A DNA stretch of 48,339 nt from the NCBI GenBank assembly GCA_009602735.1, contig WELA01003164.1, positions 1-48,339 on the forward strand, given 5' to 3'. This DNA is from Mesotaenium endlicherianum (lineage: Eukaryota). The translations under genes and the position numbers were made by a program. Positions within the stretch are counted from its first letter, which is position 1. Each line of letters begins with the position of its first letter. The notes beneath the pieces were generated by a model. That model made no database searches. It saw nothing but the letters and a program-made list of their open reading frames with translations, and had not been told where the DNA came from. Of this stretch, positions 10,872 through 22,421 are shown piece by piece.

Positions 10872-12563
10872 TCCACCATCAAACCCAACCGTATATCTCT
10901 TGCTAAGTGGAAAATGTTTCTGGTGCTAGCTTGTATATCAGGTTTGCAGGACCCCCCTTTCTTAAAGATATAGTATAAGGCCTGGTTGTCTGCCCTCACT
11001 AAGATTTGTTTATTTCTAATCAATTCTTCCAGTTGACAGTGCTGCTAGCAGCCCTTCTAATTCTCTCGTAGTAGAAGAGGTTCCCAAGAATTGGTCTTGC
11101 AGTTTTCCTTTCATCTGCCACTTTTTCTTTGAGAATATATCTATGAGTACCCCCCCCCAACCATCCTCAGATGCATCCACATACAGGAGCACCTGAGGGG
11201 TAATGTGCAGCTCCATGGGATCTCCATTGAAACTATCAAAAGTCTGCTGCCAGATAACATCTTTCTTGCATGCTTAAACTCACATAACAGAATTTCCCCC
11301 AATCCTCTTTATCCTTGACCCACTGATTGATTAGCTCAAAAATGTGCCTGGTGTATGTGCCAATAATTGCCCCAAAAGCAATTTCCATGGAAATCACCTG
11401 CCCTGCTATTCTTGCTACATCTCTGATATGCATAGGGTAGCCCTCTTTCCCTAGTTTTTGTACCCTTTCTATAGATTCCATCAATTTTCGCTATCTCTCC
11501 TTGTCAATGTATACCCATAGATTGCTGGTGTCTAGTATCACATCCAAGAATTTTATCACCTTGGTGAATCCCTGCTGGGCTTTTTTCATGTTTACTACTA
11601 TGCCAGCCTTTCCCAACTCCTGCACTACTTTGTCTGTAATTTGCTTGTGCTCTTCAAGAGTCCTGCAAGCCAATAAGAAGTCATCCAGGTACGGGATGAT
11701 CCTTACTCCTTCTCTTCTCCACTTGCCCACTATTTCTCCCATGACCCTAGTGAAAATTAGAGGTGCTGAAGATAGGCCAAAAGGGAGGGTTGTGAAGACA
11801 TAATATTTCCCTTCCAGTTGGAATTCTAAGAATTCCCAGAATCTTGGATCTATAGGGACAGGATGGTACCCAGATTTGAGATCAATGCTGAATATAAATT
11901 TCCCTTTTCTAATGACATCTACCAACTTATCTTACCCTTGATATCTAAATTTCACCTTCTTGACCCATTTGTTCACCTCTCTAAGATCTAATATCAGTCT
12001 AAGTCTCCTGCCCTCTGCCACATTCAGAGGGCTAACACTGTAACACATCTTGGAGGACTCTCTTCTTTTTCATCTAATGGCGAAGTTTGTCTGCAGCAAT
12101 TCTTGAATTGCTCCCCTGGTTAATTTTAAGTGTTTGAATACCCCTTTGCGGTTCTGCTTGTGTATGGGGGGAGCAGAAATCTTGTTATCTTTCCGTTCTA
12201 ATCTTTAGCCCCTGGTGATCACAGATAGTACAAATCTGCAGGAACACCACTCCTTCCAGTAAATAATATGCTTTGCTAACCTTTTTTGCATGTCTGGGAG
12301 AGGGACTTGGTTGGATGCAGGTGTCTCTGCTTCTCCTTTCTAATTTTCTTCTTTTCTTCCAAGTAGACAGGCCAACAAATCGCCCTCCTCCTCTGCTTCA
12401 TCATTCTCCAGCACATATTCTCCCCAAGCTCTCCTTCCATGCCCAGATAGGCAAGAAGGAGCTTTATCCTCACCACATCAGCACTTGTGCTATTTTCCTC
12501 TGCCTGCAAGTGTACTGATACACTTTTCTCATCCCATCTTTCCTCCTTAGAGGTATATAGCAA
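10823..12563 (-). pseudogene. pol: DIRS RT and RNase H, frameshifted
   Basis: VSPLNV..LRLILDLREVN, SIDLKSGYHPV, LPFGLSSAP, YLDDFL (RT); YVDASEDGWGG, TTRELEG, VRADNQA (RNase H). Confidence 0.9.
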
Positions 12564-12986
12564 TTCTTGCGAAATCTTTCTTGACTGCTTATTGTTAATT
12601 GTGTAATGCTAACTTTTTTTCCCGGACACAGACAACCATAGCATTGTGCTAGCTTGCAGACATAGAATCAAGGGATAATGTCAAAGTTAATGATAGCCAT
12701 AGCAGATGTAATCAGTGATGCGATGCTAAGCCATTCCAATGAATCCAATAGCAATTATGTCTTCATGCAAAAAATAAGATAATGTATTTATTCGAAAAAT
12801 GTCCATGGTCGAAAAATTTCTTTTCAATTTTTTTGATTTTCAACTTTATCACTCAGCCAACAATTTCAGGCTTGACAGCCATTACATATGCTCATAGGCA
12901 CAAGATTTGTCCATCTTGACTGTAGGATTTCTGCTTGTCCTTCTATTTCTCGCTCATCTGCTACTATATCTTGCTTAAGACTGTGA

Positions 12987-13597
12987 CTAAAAATTGGTGA
13001 CTCCTGCTGCAGGCAGGGATTGTGACTTCTGTTGAGACTGAGACTGCTGCTGTGACAGAGCTAGCTTATTAGGATAGTACGTAGATATATAACCGTCTAC
13101 TCCACATAGGAAGCAAGTAGGCTTGGTATAGGTGGAGTTTTGGCCTTTCTTGGCTTGCTGAGCCTTCACACTCTTAGCTTCAGGTGCCTTCTCGGTCACT
13201 TTCTTAGCCCTGTCAGACTTCAACTGACACCTTCATCTAGGACTGACTTGCACATTCTCTCCTTATCTGCATGCTCCTTCAAAACTTCATTGACATTAGG
13301 CCAACCGTGGTTATGCGCAATCAAAATCTGACTCTCTCGGTAAGCAACAGCAGAAATATCTTCATCAATGAGTTTATCTGCTGCTGCTTGGTCTTCATCT
13401 TCGATGGCGGTCTTCAGGCCATAGAAGATGTCCATCAACTCTTTGCAATTCTTCATCTGCACTTTGTTCCCTTCTGACAGGGTACTCATAGTTGCAGATT
13501 CTTGAGCCTGCTTGAGACGCTTCAATTCTCTGGTGATGACGTCGCTCTCCGCCTTCTTCTTCTTTTCTTGTGTTGCATTTTGCATCACAGTTAACAT
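12987..13597 (-). pseudogene. DIRS gag-like ORF with a frameshift and a decayed zinc knuckle
   Basis: Coiled-coil ORF 13220-13597 (...LIAHNHGW...) followed by 12987-13223 with CFLCGVDGYISTYYP (degenerate CX2CX4HX4C), upstream of RT. Confidence 0.65.
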
Positions 13598-14044
13598 TGT
13601 AACGTTTCTACTTTTCTCAAGGATCTTTGCTCGGTTTTCAAGAAAAATAATTACTTAGTGGAAAAATCAACAACAACTTTGCGTATTTCAAATACTTGAG
13701 ACTATGAGAAAAAGACGTAAAGTCGTAGAATGCGTGCTTGTGAGAGTTGCACTCACAATGACTCTTGCCAGTATATATACTTGCACAATATGACGCATTG
13801 GAATGCTTCAAGTCACCACCTAGGGCGCTGCTTCATGTTCAACGAAAACAAGCGAAGGGGTATAACCCGTTTGGCTGAAGGCTCGTAACGCGCCGTTTGG
13901 CCGTTAGGAGACTTTTCGACGATTTCCAAAAAACCGTTTCGCGCCAAAAGGGCGTATTCGCATTTACGCGACTTTTCGAAAAGTCGCGGCTGTCCGCGAG
14001 GTTGCGTACAGATTCATCAAACATGAATTGGTTATTATAATAAC

Positions 14045-14245
14045 TACTTTGGCCAAGTCGGTCAGGTGTGAACAAATCAAACGAAAAGTTGCGTGTTCGA
14101 ATCCGCCAAAAGTCAAAGTAACTTTGCATATTATGTTTCGTTTGACTTTACGACAGTTTTCAGAATCGCGACACGTCGATCAGGAGGTCGCGGGTTCGAT
14201 TCCGGCCGGCGATTCCCTTAGGTCGCCGGTTCAAGTTTTCTTTTG
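14045..14245 (+). ncRNA. tRNA-like / Pol III promoter-bearing sequence (pseudo-tRNA or SINE-like)
   Basis: A-box TGGCCAAGTCGG at 14050-14061, B-box GTTCGAATCC at 14095-14104, second T-arm GCGGGTTCGATTCCGGC at ~14190-14206, then a hairpin and T-runs. No clean anticodon arm. Confidence 0.45.
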
Positions 14246-14567
14246 TATTAACAATCGTCGTTAATTTGAAACATTGTGACGATCATTATCCGTAATAATG
14301 AAAGTCACAATAAGTTAAATAATCCGTACTTAATTGACTCAATCGTCTTGTAGTTAATCAAAGTAACTTTATGATTAATTACAATATTCTTTTGCAAAAT
14401 ATCGAAGATACATTATCGATAAATTTGCTGGTCGTTTCGCCAATCGACCGGAATTTGTCAACACACGTGTGTGGCGAGAAATTAGTCAAAATGCAATATT
14501 TCATTGATTCAAAAGTACAACGTATTTTAGGAATTTAGGAAAATATCCTAAAATATGCCTAAAAAGC

Positions 14568-15011
14568 TCAGGTCGTTAAAAACATGAACTGCTGCAGCTG
14601 TTCTATCTGACTTGCTATTTGAGGGAACTTAGAGGAAGATGCCTCATTTGCTGCTCTTTTCTGCTCCAAGTCACGCTCAACTGCGGACCTGACTCTCTCA
14701 GCAAGGGCAGCCAAGGCCTCGTCTGAGATATTGCTAACATCACGCGAAGCAATAGTTGTTGCAGGCCTCTTATTCTTCAAAGCTAGACGTCTGGTTCCCT
14801 CTTGCTGTCGCTGCTCAGGACTCAAAGCGTCAGCGGGAGGAGTCATCGTCTGAAAAAGCTTTGCTGCGGAAGCTTGAATCTCAACCATGAGGCTGGACAC
14901 GAGAAACATCAGGGAATCTAATTGCTGATGACAAAAACTTTGGCGACTCTCGTTAGTATGTGCACTCTGCTTGTCACTTTGCAACTGCGTGCTAAGTGCA
15001 GCAGAGTGCAT
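14568..15011 (-). CDS. Hypothetical 147-aa coiled-coil-rich ORF of unknown origin
   Basis: Open frame rich in A/E/Q/L with no recognisable motif; may be a transposon or gene fragment. Confidence 0.25.
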   Translation of the reverse strand: MHSAALSTQLQSDKQSAHTNESRQSFCHQQLDSLMFLVSSLMVEIQASAAKLFQTMTPPADALSPEQRQQEGTRRLALKNKRPATTIASRDVSNISDEALAALAERVRSAVERDLEQKRAANEASSSKFPQIASQIEQLQQFMFLTT

Positions 15012-15288
15012 CTCTTAAGGGCAGCTATGGCTGCGCTCTTCTATTCTCAAGATTGCAAGAGTGTAATATCGATGTGTAGGCGGGTGCATATGTACCCGCC
15101 TAGTTTTCATTCTTTTCAAATGCAGTATTAAACTTATATTTTATTTTCAATAAAATGTACATATTCCCCTCCTCGCGATTTTGGGCGAATGGTGAAAAAC
15201 GGAGGGACTCGTCGTGGATCGAGGTTAAATAGCTTCCAAGACTTTCAATTCACCTCCTCAAGGTGATTGGAAAGTTAGGTGTCATTAA

Positions 15289-18200
15289 CACTAGCTATAC
15301 TGTGGGTCTTATTTTGATTGTACAACCAAATTTTGTCCCACAACTAGGCAAAATTCTACACCCCCTTAGCATAAGATTTTTTAACCAAAATTGTTTGAAA
15401 ATAGGCTCATTGGATGTGTCATAACTTGAACCCCTCCGGCAAATTTGTTTTAGCCCTAACGGCCAATTTTTGACGAAGTTATGTAAGTTTGCCGGCCAAC
15501 AAGAGGTCACTTTCTGTTTCGATTTTGACTTTCGAACAGGCCTCTTTCTGCCTGTCATTTCTTTCTCTTTGCATGCTACAGAAGCCATAACTGACATTGC
15601 TTCTTCGTCTACAGGTCCCACGGTAGCTGTAGGCACTAAGATACCAACACCTAGGAAGATTTGGGGTGAAACATAGATAGCACAAGAGTTCGGAGAGCAC
15701 TTCAAAGAGTTTTTTTGGGTCGGAATCTTAGAAGAAGAGGTGCATAAGACCAAAGAAACTAAGTTCAAGTTCTATTGTGGCTACGATGGAGAGTACAAAA
15801 CATGGGGACGCAAGCAGATACTACAATACTTGCCTTCAATCCCCGAGTTCCGTTGGTTTTGTCCACATAAGGGGGTTAGAGTTGAGGCCTCTTCGAACCC
15901 ATTTTCACAGCATCCTGCTTATCATGTGCTTCAAGTGACTCCTAGCATTGTAAACACACCCCTTGAACCAGAAGATACTCCCACACCACCAAAAGACACT
16001 CCTACACTAGTAGCAGACACAACAGACACTGAGGAAGAGTCAAAAACAGGCTTACAAGCGGTAGAATCAGGGCGGAAATGAGGGAGACCATCAAAACAGA
16101 CAAGACCACTGTGCCTGCTAACAAAGAAGAGAGAAGGAATATGGTGGTAGTGGCAAGGGAGAGTGCTAAGAGGAGGGCAAAGAGGGGCTACAACAAGAAG
16201 AAGAACAAGCACTCAGATGAAGAGGAGTACAGCTCAAACACGGAGCTAGAGGCTGAAGGAGAGCCAATGGTGCCTGCTGCTGTTGAAGACGAAGAAGCTG
16301 AGGAGCCTGCCAACAACACAGAGGAGTACTCTTGGAGGCCTGCTACTGAAGGTGAAGTTCAACAATGGCTGGTGAAGCCTGTCAGCAATCTGGCCACAGG
16401 CCTGGCCAGAGTGAGCTCAAGGCACTTTCATAGCTTCAGCCTCTTTGCTGTTTTGTGCCTTCTGATTGGCATAGACTGGTATGACTCCATGGTGTCTGCT
16501 ACCAATGCGTATGCACACATTGAGGATGCAAAGCAATGGAACCAGCTCACCACTAGTGAGCTCATAATGTGGCATGGTTTGTGTATTGCTATGGCATTGA
16601 ATCCCTTGCCAAGGTACACCATGTACTGGAAGAATGACAATTTTGGTTATGTAAAATTTCCTGCCTTTGGCAAATACATGTCTAGAGATAGGTGGATCCA
16701 GATAAAAGCATACTTGCATATTATTTATAATGCAAGCAAAGATGTATTTCCTCCTAAGTCTGGAGAGTATAAGCTCTGGCAATGTCAGCCCTTCATTGAT
16801 CTACTCAAAAGAACATTCAAGGAGCACTATAATCCAGGTGTGCACATCACAGTTGATGAGAGATTTATCTCATTAAAAAATAGGCAGTGTCCAATCCGAG
16901 CCTATTGTCCTAAGAAGCCATACAAATTTGGCATTGAGTTGTTTACACTAGTTGACAATGTGACTTATTATTGCTAGGACTTTGTAGTGTTTGACAAGGT
17001 CAAGAGACTTGGCAAGAATATTAGTGTTGTTTTGGAGATGGTCGGTACTTTGCCTGAGGGTCAGAATTACAGCTTTGTATTTGATAGAGGCTTCACAAGT
17101 CCTGTACTTGTGAGAGCACTGTCAGAGCTTGGCCATGGAGCAACAAAAACAGTTGTAAACAGATGCATTATCCTACTAAGCAGCTGGTCTTAGACATACC
17201 TGCAGGAGAGAAAGAGGCGGAGCAAGGGTCTTTCACAGCGCTTGTGTTAGAGTGGCCTGAACAGATAGCTGTAGTGTGGCAGGACAAGAAGCTTGTGTAT
17301 CTCTTGTCCAACTGTTGAGGTCTTACTGTGGTAGAGGTTGAGAGGAGATAGAAGGGAGGAGAGATTAAGACTATACCAGCACCTGAGATTGTCAAGCACT
17401 ATAACATGTACAAAGACGCGGTTGATCAGTTTGACAAGTTATGCTTGAGAGACAATTGCTCTGTGGAGACTGAGTAGGTAGCTAGGAAGTGGTGGCACCG
17501 CCTGTATAGGGGCTTGTTTGATGGTGCTATTGCTACTGCATACATATTGGATGAGCTGGCCCACCCTGGTGCTGACAGATACTTGTTCATGTTGCAACTA
17601 GTGAGAGAATTGTTGGAGTGGGTACATCCTCGCGACAGGCAGACCAGGTCAAGAGCAGTAGGAGCTGCTGGAGAGCAAAGGTGGACTAGGAGGCACTTCC
17701 TTGACTAGGTGAAGAAAGGAGAAAGGGCAAGCTGTGTGGTGTGTAGTGCTAAGTACTTTGACTTAGGAGCTGCAGCAAGGAAGAAGAGGTGCCAGTTCAT
17801 GTATATACTTTGTAACGTGGCCTTACATCCCACTCCCTGCTTTGAGATTTTTCACACAACCAGAAACATAGAGCATCTAGATTGTGGTAGGAAGGGGTTG
17901 CCCACTGGTGCCCCTAAGCACTAGCATGAATGATAAGTGCATAACTCTAAGACTAATTTTCTTTTTGCTCACACCATCTGCCAGTGACCAGATTTTCCGA
18001 CGCGTCGGCTATGGGGCCATAAATGACAAGACTCATAATTTTTGCTTTACATATTTTTGGTGTTTTCATGTTTTAGAGTGCTTGTGTAGGGTATTCTAAG
18101 TATGCTTAAACTTGTGTCAATGATTTCCATCAAGAACTGCAAAAGTTATGCACCAAACAATGATTTTGCATGATGCACTTGTTAGTTTTCTTTTGGGACC

Positions 18201-18602
18201 AATGACAAAAAAACTTGGAGTCAATTTGGGTCCCAAACTTTGGGCTGGTGTAGCAGCCAGGATACTAAATGAATTGTTTATCTGTAAAGTGCACTGTCCT
18301 CCTTACATCAGGATGTATGCTGGAAAAAATTAAGACCTAAAAGTAAGTTGTACTTTTTTGGATATTGTGCTGAGAAGAAATGTACTTGTGGGACCTCACA
18401 CGTGTGTTCCCCTTGTAGTACAAAAAAGTACATTAAAAAATCTCAAAAAAATCGGAAAAAGTACATTGTAAGATTGCTTTCTCAAAGTAGATTCAGTACA
18501 TATATAGCTCTTGTGTAACACATAAGCACTGATTTTAGTATGAGGATTCAAAGATAGGCTATTGTGGTGTCTGTTTTGGTCCTATTATCAGTAAATCTAG
18601 TG
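15289..18602 (+). mobile_element. piggyBac DNA transposon (decayed)
   Basis: TTAA at 15285-15288 followed by TIR CACTAGCTATACTG. 3' TIR CAGTAAATCTAGTG at 18589-18602 (12/14 match) followed by TGAA (mutated TTAA). Transposase inside. Confidence 0.85.
16078..17924 (+). pseudogene. piggyBac DDD transposase pseudogene
   Basis: MSRDRW..IK.YLH, ITVDER, KPYKFGI, VFDRGFTS, WQDKK.V..LS, YNMYKDAVDQFD, and C-terminal Cys-rich CVVC...C...CNVALH...CFEIFH. Multiple stops and frameshifts. Confidence 0.92.
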
Positions 18603-21600
18603 TGAAACGAAACTCCTCTTTTGTTCAAAACCAATGAGCATTATAATATCCTAAAAACCATTGTAAAGCAATGTGAAACGCGTAGTTTTTCAAAGATGCC
18701 ATTGTTGTACAGTGACTTCCGTTTAGTTCAAAAATAATGCACCGAAAAGGCCCGTAGTAAACAGGCCCTTCGTCCGTACTTCAAAATACCTGCAACAGAA
18801 TGTGAAAAGTTGGGAAAAACACAAAAAGATGTGGCTTCATTCGGGAACTAACTTCTTGCCAAGCGTTCACTTATGGATGTGGCCCAACCTTCTGGGCCGC
18901 ATCATCACGCAATCTTGAGGTGATCTCAATGTGAACCGCAATAAATGACCTCACGAAACCCTTCAGTTTTTCTTGTGTTCATATACTTCTTTGAAGCGGC
19001 CTCTCAGTGTGCATTTTTTTTTTTTTTGGAATCGATGTCCAAGCTTAGACCTCAAGAAAAAGAGCATTTATGAAGGCCCTAGCTTTAACTCATTACCCTC
19101 GACGCAAATAACCATTTTGAGCTATGCAAATCTATAAGCCGGCACAAACAAAGCAAAACAAAAAGTGACAATTTATTAGAACTAAATGAGTAACATAAAT
19201 ATAGTTTGGCCACTTTTCACCTATTGTTGCTCAAGATTGTAAAAGGTCATTCAAGCTTCCTTCTTGATGAGCACAATATATATATTTCTTGCTCAATAGC
19301 ATATAATGATAATGAGGCTCTTGTGCTCTCCTTATGGCAACCAAAAACACCAACTAGAGACTCATGCTTAACCGTTGAATGCAAGTCGACTTGAGCTTGC
19401 CGTGTATTTTGCGACCACCTTAAAAATACATTTAGTCATCTTTCACATATATCCCTCCAAGTTGGTTGTCTTGTTAACTCCTCAAGAATGTGCAAGTTAC
19501 AAAAATAACTCGTATCGATCCACTCAAAAACCTATGGCAACCGATCTCATTCAACCAAGGTGGGATAAAACAACATATCTACGGTGGGTTTCCTATCTCC
19601 AAATCCCTCAAATGACATTGGTTTCTTACTCTAGATTTCACAATTTTAGCCAGCTGAAATAGCAAGAAATTTGAAATTGGACAAGAAGTCTCGAATTGCC
19701 GACTGTCTCTATAGTTTCAAAAAATTGTCAACGGGCTTTGTCAATCAAGTCTCCATTCATGCTAGAAGTCAACTTTGTTTGTAGACTATTCGCGCAACGT
19801 TTAAAACATCATCAAATGCGTGATGTTTGATGCGCGTGAACAAATTAGGATCTATACAATGCTATATCACATATGTTACATATAATCATCTACCAACTAT
19901 ATACATCACATCTTTTGTATATATCACTCTTTTGGAGAAAATTTAACTTCTCGAACATGAAAAGATCTAGCTACCCCTACAAAATTATGACTCAAACTAT
20001 TAGTTTGTCCACGTTGCCCTCATGAGGAGCAACACTGACAACCAATGTTAATGAAAGGAGGAATAGCACGTGTGGGTAGAAAAAACTTATTTGAATCAAT
20101 AATATCCAAAAACTTCATTAGTTCGTCATGACAAACGTATATGGTCGTATCACGTTTTGCGTTGGGCTTAAATACATGTAAAAAACTCTTAAAGGCGTCA
20201 AAGATCACTGGCGATAACTTCTCATGTTGTTTAATTCTCTTCACAAATTGGAATCAGCGCAAAAAGAGAATAATCATATGTTGTTTTTTAAGCAGTGACC
20301 TTTTAACCATTATAATTTGTTTGACCTTTTATTAAGCTTGAGCCTTCAGATTTTGCTTGCAGTTTACTTCATCATACAAATTAACGCTTTGTGATTTGTT
20401 GCGCTCACAACCCAAGCAAAGTTTTGACACGTGTAATATAAAGTGATTATTTACTATGGATTTTTGTATACATATCGAGGTGTTCTCCACATAGGATTTT
20501 ACCTCATGTTACTTCCTTCGCATTCAGTAGTGATGGGGTGGGAGTCGTCGTACCATTTCGGTCGCGCTTATGGACGCGGTCCGGGTTGAATGAACAAATG
20601 ATACCTCCTTTGCTTAGATTTTGAGCTTATTCTTCATCGCCTTCACAGTCATCCCAAGCTGTCATCTAACATGCTCTTATTTCATTGCCCAATGCCAAAA
20701 TTTGAGTTAGGTGACTTCACCATATGTACAAAATTGTTTTTTTTGAAAACTAGTGTGCAATCGTCACCTTTCATCATTTTCCTTCTCTATCATCCATTCT
20801 TAGGTGCTTTCGAAGTGGTGTTTCTCTATGGTCCACAACAAGTGTTTTGTAGGTATGGACATGCCAAGTATTGTTACACCTCGTAAGTGCATTAAAAAAA
20901 ATGATTGAGCAAGGGCTTGTACCAAATTGTTCATTTGTTGTTATGACAAGGAATCGTATGCCACATTGTCTTTTAAAGGCACCTCATTTCTAAAGTTGAA
21001 AGAACTTTGTACAACACTTCACAAGAATTAGACAAGAGAGTATACGAGGACATGCCATTGTTGAGCAATCATCTTATTTTGAGAATACAATCACAAAGCT
21101 ATTCAAAATATTGCAACTTATACCTGCATCTCAATGGAACACCCGAGCGCTCTGCTCTAGCCTCTAAGTGCAAGCTCCACACTAAATCGCTATGTCTCTC
21201 AATAGGAGACCTGCAAAGCTTAATCAAACAATAATGCGATTGCCATTAGTTCCTTCTCGTGTATATGTGCGACAAATACGCAAGCAAGCAAGCAATCTTT
21301 TGATGTTTGAACGTCAATTTCCGAGCATACTACTCTGGTTGTGTATTACAGCACATTTTTTCGTGCAGCCCATATGTACTCTTCCACACCTTCGTAATGC
21401 GCCACAAGAAATGTATTTGAAGCTTGTACCCCCAACATGGTCAATGCCTGAATATCGAATGCACATAGCCAAAGTACAAGCTAGGAGTACTAAGGCTTGT
21501 CTTTAAATGGTACAAATTTAAATCCATGAGACCAATCTGTATGCTTGCAATTAATGTTATGTTCTTTAGGATGCGAGACGCCACAACAAGACTGGCTTCG

Positions 21601-22421
21601 CAATGTGATTTTTTGGTACATTCTCTCGGTAAACAAACAAACATGCATAGAATAGTTGATTTCATATTGCAACGCTTTTTGGTTTTTGTCTATACTAAGT
21701 AGAAAATTGGAGTACATCCCAATTGTAATATTCATAGCCAAGTGAACTTTTTGGAATAAAAGGGTGAAAGCTATGTACCTATCCCAAGATTTAGTGTGCG
21801 CATTGACGAGAGGCATCAATATACCCGTACAACCACATAGGCCTCCAATTGATTATTTTTTTGACCTTCATATTTGCACAAGAATATTCAAAGTGCATAG
21901 AAAGTAAATTCAAGCGATTTTTTAACACTACTTTTTGTAAGACAAGGAATGGCAAATGTACATTTCTCAAGTTGAACACGTAATATTCCGAAACGTGCTT
22001 AAAGCTAGGCAAAATATCGTTGATAGTATGTGAATTGTACAGTACATGGTACACATGAAACATGTTAATGGAGAGCTAAAAAGTAAAACACATTTGGATA
22101 TCCTGTGGGCATGCTATATGAGAGAAGTAGAAGTATTCCAAGAAAGTAACCAGTGTCTTTGAGAATCATAGGGTATGAAGCTCAAAGTTCATGTAAGCTC
22201 AAATTGCTAGATAGAGTGTAATGAATGACAGGTAATAATAGACAGGTTAAACAATTTTGTTGCGCTTGTCTCCATTATTTAGTAACCGGAGAGTAACTGG
22301 AGAGCAATTGCTCAACATACTAGACAAATGTAAAACTAAACCCACAGTCCGTCGACTGCGTGAACAAAATAAATGACGGGACTTACAACTCCTCCCATCA
22401 AATTCCATTCTTATGCCCACT

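Larger units (their letters stand above)
9994..13780 (-). mobile_element. DIRS-order (tyrosine recombinase) retrotransposon, degraded and 3'-interrupted
   Basis: Gene order gag - RT/RNase H/MT - YR on the minus strand. The 5' boundary is uncertain; TATA-like GTATATATAC at 13771-13780. Confidence 0.88.

Noticed and set aside
14045..14215. Functional tRNA gene
   Set aside because: No well-paired anticodon arm and mismatched T-stems; kept only as tRNA-like.
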